In this document: positions 56,624-64,000 of the stretch, piece by piece
Numbering within the stretch: position 1 is the stretch's first letter
Layout of the letters: the number at the start of each line of letters is the position of its first letter
Source of the DNA: Elusimicrobiota bacterium
GTDB lineage: Bacteria; Elusimicrobiota; Endomicrobiia; Endomicrobiales; JBDRNC01
Assembly: GCA_043811535.1 (NCBI GenBank)
Contig: JBDRNC010000008.1
Span: 46,867-110,866, forward strand
Direction of reading: 5' to 3'
DNA: 64,000 nucleotides
Notes under the pieces: generated by a model
Seen by the model: only the letters and a program-made list of their open reading frames with translations
Databases searched by the model: none
Told to the model about the DNA's origin: nothing
Position numbers and translations under genes: made by a program

Positions 56624-57504
56624 TCCTGCTGTTTAAACTGCTCGCGGCTGTCTCGCTGTTCTGCCTTTTCGTTTCTGCTGCCCTGCTGACCGCTATGTGG
56701 GCCTCAAAACTGTTTTCCGGAAGGTTACCTGCCGGCGGCCGGAAACAGGTTACCGCAAAAACAAAGGAAATCCTGGCCGCGTTCCGTTCGGCGCTGGATG
56801 ACAATCCGTATTCCTCGAAATCAAGAAAAATAAGGGCCGCCGCCGCGTCCGCGTTTTTCTTCGCGCTCTCAATAATCTCCGGCAAGATAATACTGGCATT
56901 TACCGGCGCCGTGTTGTTTTTCTGCTTATCCGGTTTCTATTTCAAAAGGCGGATTCTCCGGAGGCAGGATATCTTTGAGACGCAGCTTTCCGAAGCTCTT
57001 ACCATGATAACCGGTTCGGTCAAGGCGGGACAGTCGTTTGTCCAGGCGCTTGAGAACACCGCTCTAAACGCCAAGCCGCCGCTGTCGGAGGAACTCCTGC
57101 TCGTACTTGGCCGGATAAAACTCGGCGCGCCTCTGAACCGGGCGCTACTGGAAATGTCGGAACGCAATCCCGGCAGGGAGCTAAAGTTGGCGGTAATATC
57201 CATAAACATAGCCCGCGAAACCGGCGGGAATATAGGCGAAATGCTTGTGCGCGTATCCCACGCGATCTCTGAGCGCAAAAGAATCCGCGGAAAGATCAAC
57301 TCTTTAACATCGCAGGGCAAGGCATCGGGCGTCATAATGAGCGCAATCCCGCTTGTATTGCTTTTCGCGCTCTACTTCATGTCTCCCGAAACAACCGGGC
57401 TGTTATTTACAACCGTCCCGGGCAACCTGATGCTCGCGCTGGCGGCGCTTATGATATCTATCGGCGCTTTCTTTGTCAAGAAAATTACCGAAATTGACAT
57501 CTAG
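56620..57504 (+). CDS. tadB: TadB (T2SS-F family)
   Basis: AGQS..QAL, ETGGN, TSQGK. Confidence 0.88.
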   Translation: MILLFKLLAAVSLFCLFVSAALLTAMWASKLFSGRLPAGGRKQVTAKTKEILAAFRSALDDNPYSSKSRKIRAAAASAFFFALSIISGKIILAFTGAVLFFCLSGFYFKRRILRRQDIFETQLSEALTMITGSVKAGQSFVQALENTALNAKPPLSEELLLVLGRIKLGAPLNRALLEMSERNPGRELKLAVISINIARETGGNIGEMLVRVSHAISERKRIRGKINSLTSQGKASGVIMSAIPLVLLFALYFMSPETTGLLFTTVPGNLMLALAALMISIGAFFVKKITEIDI

Positions 57505-57508
57505 GGAT

Positions 57509-57828
57509 ACGCAGATTAACGCAGATTCTTAAGACCAGATTACGCAGACAAAACCAAGACGCAGACGACTTCATATATTAAGTCAATGGAATCCCGCTTT
57601 AGCGGGATGAACACAGATAGAAAACTCAGATTAGCGCAGAATAAAACGCAGATTATCACAGAATTAAACTCAGATTATCGCAGATAATATGTATCTGTGG
57701 CAATCTGCGGGTATCTGCACATGAGGCTTATCTGCGTTAATACTTTTTGTTAAAGAATCTGCGGGCATCTGCGTATGAGGTTTATCTGCGTTAATACTTT
57801 TTGTTAAAGAATCTGCGGGCATCTGCGT
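57509..57828. repeat. Gene-less two-armed CGCAGAT ... ATCTGCG element with 54-bp tandem duplication
   Basis: 57721-57774 equals 57775-57828 with 1 mismatch; right arm homologous to 53505-53560. Confidence 0.88.
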
Positions 57829-57841
57829 ATAGGAGGGAGAT

Positions 57842-58726
57842 ATGCTTATATTTTTGTCGGCACTTTGTTTCGGCGCGGCAACAGCGATGCTGTTCTATGT
57901 CGCCGCGGGTATTATTGAGAACCTTGGGATGGAAAAGGCCCTTCAATCGCGGCTCCGGAAAACCTTTGAATTCCAGCAGAGAGGGATAAAAGGCAATATT
58001 TTCTTCATTTCCAACAGGTTGGGCGGGCGAATCGCCAGAATAAAGTCGCCTTACCTGTTGAAGTTATCGCGAAAGATTGAATATTTCATTTCTATCCTTA
58101 ACGAACCCTATAACAAAATCGATACCGCCACCTACATCGGACTGCATTTTATATTCGCGGCGACGGCGGCTCTGCTGGCGGCCTTCGCGCTGGAAACATT
58201 CAACCCGGCCCCGCTCACGGCCGCGTTCTGCGCGGGTTTCTTTGTCCCGTATCTCTGGCTTTCCGAAAAAGTGAAGGAAAAGCATAAAAAAATCTTCAAG
58301 CAGCTGCCGGACGTCCTTGTACTGCTGTCGCTCATGATGGAAGCCGGCATGGAGTTCAACGCCGCGCTCAATAAAATAATTGAAATGGAAGAGGGGGAGC
58401 TGACTACGGAACTGTTCATTGTTCAGCAGGAAATAAAGCTCGGAAAATCCAGGATTGACGCCCTTTCGCATATGTCCGGTCGGCTGAACCATCCCCAGTT
58501 GTCCATGGCGGTCAACGCGCTGGTTACGGCGCTTAAGACCGGGAGCGGCATCGTTCCGACCCTCAAATCCCTGTCCGAACAGTTCAAAACCGAGCGCATC
58601 CAGCTGGCTGAAAAAGCCGCCAATGAGGCCCCGCTCAAGATGATGTTCCCGCTGGCCTTATTCATATTTCCTACCATATTCATCATCCTTTTCGGCCCCA
58701 TAATACTGACTTTCATGGCCGAATGA
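57842..58726 (+). CDS. tadC: TadC (T2SS-F family)
   Basis: LPDVL.L...MEAG, AEKAA...PLKMMFP..LFIFP. Confidence 0.9.
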   Translation: MLIFLSALCFGAATAMLFYVAAGIIENLGMEKALQSRLRKTFEFQQRGIKGNIFFISNRLGGRIARIKSPYLLKLSRKIEYFISILNEPYNKIDTATYIGLHFIFAATAALLAAFALETFNPAPLTAAFCAGFFVPYLWLSEKVKEKHKKIFKQLPDVLVLLSLMMEAGMEFNAALNKIIEMEEGELTTELFIVQQEIKLGKSRIDALSHMSGRLNHPQLSMAVNALVTALKTGSGIVPTLKSLSEQFKTERIQLAEKAANEAPLKMMFPLALFIFPTIFIILFGPIILTFMAE

Positions 58727-58796
58727 CTGAATTAGCTGATTTTTCAAGCAATTTCCGAATATGAGTTGAGATTACTCAAAAAAAACATATAAAACC

Positions 58797-58825
58797 TTGA
58801 CACCGGCGAAAAACGGGTATATACT
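58797..58825 (+). promoter_or_regulatory. Sigma70-type promoter
   Basis: TTGACA-17-TATACT. Confidence 0.75.
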
Positions 58826-58844
58826 GATAGTGGCAAAAGTTACA

Positions 58845-59002
58845 CCGATAAAGGCAAACCCGGAGTAATCCGGGGACGCAAAGCCGAGGAACCTAGTAAC
58901 GACAGTATGAAATAGGAAGACAGAAGAAGGAAGAAAAGGCTGTTAACTTCCATCTTCAAACTTCAATCTTCCGTCTGTCGTTAAGGTTGGCTGGGGTGCC
59001 GG
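58845..59002 (+). promoter_or_regulatory. Cyclic di-GMP-I (GEMM-I) riboswitch with 87-nt insert in P3
   Basis: GGCAAACCCGGAGTAATCCGGGGACGCAAAGCC...AACCT//AGGTTGGC...TGCC. Confidence 0.85.
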
Positions 59003-59011
59003 AACAAAAAT

Positions 59012-60607
59012 ATGAAGTATTTAATTAAGGAGAAAAGCAATTTATTACTCAATAATAAATTATTTATCTCCTTATTTTTATGTATATTCGTATCTTTTTC
59101 CGCCGCGGGGGTTGCGCTGGCGGTTTCCGATAAAATACTTGTAAATTTCAAGCCGAATTACCTTTCCAAAACTAACTTCATTTACATTTCATTCACCCCG
59201 GATTACAATCCTGTCGCTCTCTATCCCGAACCGGTGGCCGACCTGGCAGCCGAACCTGTTGACGGCGCCAAAATCAAATTGACCTGGACGCCGTCCATAT
59301 CAGGCGACGCCGCGGCCTATACAATATATTACGCTTCATCCGTTCCATTAATGGATTATTCCAATCCCGCGGATATTGTGTCGCATCCGGAAGCAACCTG
59401 GACGTCGCCTGCTCTTACCGCGGGGCAAGTATATTATTTTGTTGTCCGGACCGTTAACGATTCCGCGAACGAAGAAATCAATACGGACATGGTGAGCGCT
59501 ACCGCCCTGGGCAGTCTCTCGGGAGTGGTGAAGGCCTCGATTAAAATACCCCAGAACGGCAAAAAGATATCAGGCAACCAGCTCATGATAATGGCGGAAA
59601 TCACTTCCGGGAAATTGTCGGACGTAAAGCAGGTGCTTTTTGAATACAAGAACAACAATGAGACCACGACATGGACGGCGCTCCCCGCGGCAAACAGCAA
59701 TCATCCGAATCCCGATACCAAGCCGCCGTATTTCATTCAATGGGACGCGCATAACCTCGCGGCGGGAAAGTACAATATCCGCGCCGTAGCTACCGATATC
59801 TACAACTCCGTGGACCCTTCTCCGGGGTATGTAACCGTGACTGCCGACCACAACGACCCCGATGTCTGCGAAGGTAAAAATGAAAAAGGCGAGCACGAAA
59901 AGAAAGAAAAAGTATCCAACCAGAAAGACAATACGATTAAAACCTCGGACAACGAAAAGAACAAGATCACGCAGATCATCATTCCAAAGGGCTGCATGAG
60001 CGTTGACTCTACAATGATAACCGTTGTTGTTGATCCTGTTTTGAATGTTCCCGTTCCGGAAAGGTTCTACGGCATAGACGAGTTCAGGGAGATAACGCTG
60101 CAAAACGGGACCCTTCAGGGCGAAGCCCAGTTGATCATGCAATACGCGGATGATAATGACGACGGCATTTTAGACGGGACGGATATCCCCGTAGAAACTC
60201 TGTGCGTCTATTCCTACAACACGACAAAAATAGAGTGGGAAAAACAAAACTCTACCGTTAACGAAGAAAATAAGACCGTAAACGGCAAGACCACGCATTT
60301 CTCGCTTTTCGCGCTGTTCGGAGCGCCGGCCGCCGACTTGTCAGGATTAAAAATCTACCCGAACCCGTTCAAGCCTTCAAAGGGACACACGTACATAAAA
60401 TTCGATAATCTTACCCTAAACACGAAGTTACAGATATTCACGCTTGCCGGCGACATAATCTTTGAGAAAGAAGACATAGACATAGGCGATTTCAGCTGGC
60501 AGGCGGTCAACCAATCGGGGAAGGAAGTCGCCAGCGGCGTCTATATCTGCCTGATAACAAACGATTTGGGCGAGAAAAAGATATCAAAAATCGCGGTGAT
60601 CAGATGA
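59012..60607 (+). CDS. Exported FN3/Ig-like protein with T9SS-type-A/FlgD-like C-terminal domain
   Basis: FN3-like LTWTPS..YYFVVR, HFSLFAL, C-terminal IYPNPF..IFTLAG..W...N..G..VASGVY. Confidence 0.75.
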   Translation: MKYLIKEKSNLLLNNKLFISLFLCIFVSFSAAGVALAVSDKILVNFKPNYLSKTNFIYISFTPDYNPVALYPEPVADLAAEPVDGAKIKLTWTPSISGDAAAYTIYYASSVPLMDYSNPADIVSHPEATWTSPALTAGQVYYFVVRTVNDSANEEINTDMVSATALGSLSGVVKASIKIPQNGKKISGNQLMIMAEITSGKLSDVKQVLFEYKNNNETTTWTALPAANSNHPNPDTKPPYFIQWDAHNLAAGKYNIRAVATDIYNSVDPSPGYVTVTADHNDPDVCEGKNEKGEHEKKEKVSNQKDNTIKTSDNEKNKITQIIIPKGCMSVDSTMITVVVDPVLNVPVPERFYGIDEFREITLQNGTLQGEAQLIMQYADDNDDGILDGTDIPVETLCVYSYNTTKIEWEKQNSTVNEENKTVNGKTTHFSLFALFGAPAADLSGLKIYPNPFKPSKGHTYIKFDNLTLNTKLQIFTLAGDIIFEKEDIDIGDFSWQAVNQSGKEVASGVYICLITNDLGEKKISKIAVIR

Positions 60608-61515
60608 AATATATAAATACAATCATCATCCTGGCATTCTGCGCGCTCGTGCTCGCGCCTCCGCTTCGCGCGATAGACGAGAACGCCGGCACGTCAGGCC
60701 TCCAGTTCCTTAAAATCGGACTGGGCGCGAAACAGCTTGCTTCCGGCGAGAGCGCGTGCGCCTCAGCCGAAGATTCAAACACTATTTTCTGGAACCCGGC
60801 CGGATTAACGCGTCTCGAAAAACGCCAGATAAGCCTTTCCCATAACCAATGGATAGACGGCATCAGCGAGCAGTCGGTAACATTCAACTATCCGGGCGAA
60901 AAATGGCACTTTGGAGGGGGCATACTCTACCTTCACATGGGAGATCTGACCGGCTACGATATCGACGCGCAGGGGAAACCGGTTAAAATCGCCGATTTCA
61001 CTTCTTATGATATGGCGGCGATATTTTCCTGCGCGAGAGTGTACGAAGGCGTTTCAGTCGGCTTGAACGTCAAACTGTTCCAGGAAAAAATTGAAAATAC
61101 CCAGGGGTCGGGCGCGGCCATTGATATCGGCGCGAGCAAATCACTTATGGAAAACCTGGTTGCGGGCGTAGTCCTGCAAAACGCGGGCACATCCGTGAAA
61201 TTCATTGAGAAGGAAACACAACTGCCTTTGAACATAAAGGCCGGCCTGGCATACAGGATGTTAAGCGATAGATTGTTATTGACCGCTGACGTAAACAAAC
61301 CGAATGACAATGCATATAAGGGAAGCTTCGGAGCGGGGTATAAAGTCGCCGATTCACTGGCGTTCAGGGCCGGATATAACGATAAAACGGCGTTGAACAG
61401 CAGCATCACTTTCGGCCTGGGCATTAATATTTCAGAATGGACGGTTGATTACGCGTACGTTCCTTACGGAAAATTAGGGGACACGCACAGAATTTCTCTT
61501 ACTACCGGATTCTAA
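60604..61515 (+). CDS. PorV/PorQ (UPF0164) family outer-membrane protein
   Basis: FLKIGLGA, FWNPAGL, DYAYVPYG.LG.THRIS. Confidence 0.85.
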   Translation: MKYINTIIILAFCALVLAPPLRAIDENAGTSGLQFLKIGLGAKQLASGESACASAEDSNTIFWNPAGLTRLEKRQISLSHNQWIDGISEQSVTFNYPGEKWHFGGGILYLHMGDLTGYDIDAQGKPVKIADFTSYDMAAIFSCARVYEGVSVGLNVKLFQEKIENTQGSGAAIDIGASKSLMENLVAGVVLQNAGTSVKFIEKETQLPLNIKAGLAYRMLSDRLLLTADVNKPNDNAYKGSFGAGYKVADSLAFRAGYNDKTALNSSITFGLGINISEWTVDYAYVPYGKLGDTHRISLTTGF

Positions 61516-61524
61516 GCGGCAACT

Positions 61525-62007
61525 ATGGTAAGGCATATCAGGATTTTTGCGGCAGCGCTTTTACTGTTAATATTTCCGTGTTTATGCGCGGCTGAATTTA
61601 CGGTAGACCCTTCATACGTCAGGGTTACCGGGATAAAGCCCGGCCGCGCCGCCAAGCTTTTAAACGACGTGTTTCAAAAAAAATACTTCATCGGCATTAA
61701 TAACCTCGGCGGGGAAACATCCGGGTACAGGATTGACATCGTAAGCTGCAAAGAATACGGGATAGAGCCCCATCCCGGATATGAGGATATTCCGGATGTT
61801 TCATGGATAAAAATCAAAAAACCGGTCTTTAAGGTAAAGGCGGGAGAACTCAAGAAGATAAGAGATATTTCTATTAAGATCCCGAAAACATCGGGACAGG
61901 CCGGAAAGAATTATCAGGCGATTATTAAAGTAATAGGCGAAGCTTCCAAATATCAACCGGTGAATATTGAAGTGATTTTGCCTCTATGGATAGCGGTATC
62001 TAAATAA
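61525..62007 (+). CDS. Exported hypothetical protein (Ig-like, possible chaperone)
   Basis: Signal peptide, FTVDP N-terminus, beta-rich. Confidence 0.5.
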   Translation: MVRHIRIFAAALLLLIFPCLCAAEFTVDPSYVRVTGIKPGRAAKLLNDVFQKKYFIGINNLGGETSGYRIDIVSCKEYGIEPHPGYEDIPDVSWIKIKKPVFKVKAGELKKIRDISIKIPKTSGQAGKNYQAIIKVIGEASKYQPVNIEVILPLWIAVSK

Positions 62008-62028
62008 ATTCTCATAAATGAGCTCTGC

Positions 62029-63354
62029 ATGAAAACAAAATTATTAATCGCAACGCTAACTGTCATTTGCGCTCTATCCATCACAGCGTGGGCCGCGATC
62101 GGCATTAATCTCACCTCAAACGGATGGAACGTGACCCCTGCCGGCGGCAAGGGCGCGGGAACATGGACCAGCCCTACTTTTTCTGCGCAAAATATCGGAA
62201 CTGAATCCGGCAAACTGCTCATACGCGCCTCAAATACGCAGAATTGGAGCCTGTCGGCAGCTCCCGGAATGAACATCTTCGCCATGCAGTTTGGAGACGG
62301 AGGCACATGGAAAGCGTTGAGTACAGCTGAATCAGTTCTTGTGCAGTCGCTCAACGCGGGACTGCAGTACAATTTCATGCTGCGATATCAATCGCCTTCC
62401 GATTTGACTGATAAAACTTTGTCCGTGACCCAGATATCGACCGTCACTATTTCGATCATTTCCGCCGCATTGCAGCAGCCGGTCACTTCCTATGTCTTCC
62501 TGAAAAAATGGGGCAGCCGCGGATCGGAAAATGGCCAACTCCTTGATGCTGTAAAACTTGCCCTGGATTCGGCCGGTAACGTATATGTGGCGGATCATCT
62601 TAATAATCGCGTCGTAAAATTCACGTCAAACGGGGATTATATCATGAGTTGGGGAACAGCCGGCTCCGGCGACGGTCAATTCTCGCAAGCTTCAGGAATC
62701 GGCATAGACAGCAAGGATTACATATATGTGGGAGACATGCAAAACAACCGCGTGCAGGTATTCACCTCAAGCGGTCAATTTGTGAGAAAGTGGGGAACTG
62801 CCGGAACCGGCAACGGTCAATTTGACAAGCCCTACGGAGTTGACATTGACAAGGACGATAATGTCTATGTCACGGAATACTATGGATGCCGTATTCAGAA
62901 ATTTGATGCGGAAGGCGCGTATCTGATGAAGTTCGGAACCGAAGGAACCGGAGATGGGCAGTTACACCATCCAGCTACTGTCGCCATTGATGATTTGGGT
63001 TACATTTATGTTGCAGACTGCGGAAACAGCCGGGTGCTAAAGTTTGATTCAAACGGCGTTTTTGTTTTGAAATGGGGGACATTTGGCCTCGGCAACGGCC
63101 AATTTGACGTGCCGCAGGACGTAATAGTCGACAGATCCGGCAATATACTTGTAGTTGATTCCAGGAATTATACCGGACAGAATAGGGTACAGATTTTCAC
63201 GCCTAACGGCGTCTACATCTCCCAGTTCGGAAACGGACTAGGCACCGGCGACGGGCAGTTTCTTTCCTTATACGGCATGGTCATGGATCCATCCGGAAAG
63301 GTATATACTCTTGACGGTCCCACAGGCCGCATACAGGTATTCACGCCGCAATAA
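62029..63354 (+). CDS. Exported NHL-repeat beta-propeller protein
   Basis: Six G.G.GQF..P.G...D..G.IYV.D..N.R.QKF-type repeats. Confidence 0.9.
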   Translation: MKTKLLIATLTVICALSITAWAAIGINLTSNGWNVTPAGGKGAGTWTSPTFSAQNIGTESGKLLIRASNTQNWSLSAAPGMNIFAMQFGDGGTWKALSTAESVLVQSLNAGLQYNFMLRYQSPSDLTDKTLSVTQISTVTISIISAALQQPVTSYVFLKKWGSRGSENGQLLDAVKLALDSAGNVYVADHLNNRVVKFTSNGDYIMSWGTAGSGDGQFSQASGIGIDSKDYIYVGDMQNNRVQVFTSSGQFVRKWGTAGTGNGQFDKPYGVDIDKDDNVYVTEYYGCRIQKFDAEGAYLMKFGTEGTGDGQLHHPATVAIDDLGYIYVADCGNSRVLKFDSNGVFVLKWGTFGLGNGQFDVPQDVIVDRSGNILVVDSRNYTGQNRVQIFTPNGVYISQFGNGLGTGDGQFLSLYGMVMDPSGKVYTLDGPTGRIQVFTPQ

Positions 63355-63368
63355 GAACGAGAGGATTT

Positions 63369-64000
63369 ATGAAATCCCTGAAGGTATTGTTTATTCTGCT
63401 AACCGCCTGTTCGCCTGTGTGGGCCGCTATCGGCATTAAGCTCACCTCAAATGAATGGAACGTGGCCCAGGCTGACGGCTCGGGCGCGGGAACATGGACC
63501 AGCCCTGCATTCACCGTTCAGAATATCGGCACTGAACCCAGCAAACTGCTCATACGCGCCTCAAATACGCAGAATTGGAGCCTGGCGGCAGCTCCCGGAA
63601 TGAACATCTTCGCCATGCAGTTCGGCGACGGGAACACATGGAACGCGCTGAGCACGGCGGAATCAGTTCTTGTCTCATCTCTCAGCGCGAGCTCGCAGTA
63701 CAATTTCCTGCTGCGCTATCAGTCGCCCTCGGATTTGACCGATAAAACCCTGTCCTTGACGCAGACATCAACCGTCACTGTTTCAATTGTTTCCACCGCG
63801 CTGCAGCCGCCGGTTACTTCCTATGTTTTCCTGAGTAAATACGGCGCTCTCGGGAGCGGTAACGGGCAATTCAATTGGCCCTATAATATCGCGTTTGATG
63901 CTTCCGGAAACATCTACGTCACTGAGACCAATACCGGCAGTGAGACGGTCTGGAACTGCAGGGTTCAGAAATTCGACAGCAATTTCAATTTTATCACCAA
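63369..64000 (+). CDS. Paralogous NHL-repeat protein (3' partial)
   Basis: SD GAGG + ATG 63369, frame open to the window end; N-domain highly similar to the 62029 protein. Confidence 0.85.
   Translation, partial: MKSLKVLFILLTACSPVWAAIGIKLTSNEWNVAQADGSGAGTWTSPAFTVQNIGTEPSKLLIRASNTQNWSLAAAPGMNIFAMQFGDGNTWNALSTAESVLVSSLSASSQYNFLLRYQSPSDLTDKTLSLTQTSTVTVSIVSTALQPPVTSYVFLSKYGALGSGNGQFNWPYNIAFDASGNIYVTETNTGSETVWNCRVQKFDSNFNFIT

Noticed and set aside
62089-63833. Duplicated segment as a DGR template/variable repeat pair
   Set aside because: Differences are not adenine-specific, both copies are coding, and no reverse transcriptase is in the window.

Overview
This is a bacterial chromosomal window from a diderm organism; the gene style suggests an Elusimicrobiota-like or other environmental lineage, which is inference only. 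In order, it holds: a surface-glycan/LPS cluster (1-11 kb); GxxExxY, PhoH, PHP, UbiA-type phosphoribosyltransferase and epimerase genes; a reverse-strand LolA-like/FtsX ABC operon; DUF1846; a cobamide salvage/uptake operon (cobO-cobU-cobT-cobS-btuF-DUF71-btuC-btuD-btuB-flavin reductase) with two cobalamin riboswitches; a lipid-glycosylation trio; larE-like, decarboxylase, DksA and MscS genes; a Tad/Flp pilus cluster; and a c-di-GMP-I riboswitch ahead of a surface-protein operon. No rRNA, tRNA, CRISPR or transposase was seen. The most unusual signal is non-coding: many intergenic gaps carry short palindromic or periodic repeat elements from several families. (1) A GxxExxY PD-(D/E)XK nuclease gene sits between two inverted 5-unit GATTACAC arrays, and gene-less or one-armed copies occur elsewhere. 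(2) Two unrelated riboswitches each carry an ~86-nt periodic hairpin insert closed by the same TAACGACAG/CTGTCGTTA helix. (3) Palindromic elements ending in GGGCAGG sit in frame in Tad prepilin leaders and regenerate the Gly-Gln cleavage site. (4) A CCCGTT...AACGGG element sits at three gene starts. Family assignments are from motif recognition, not database searches.
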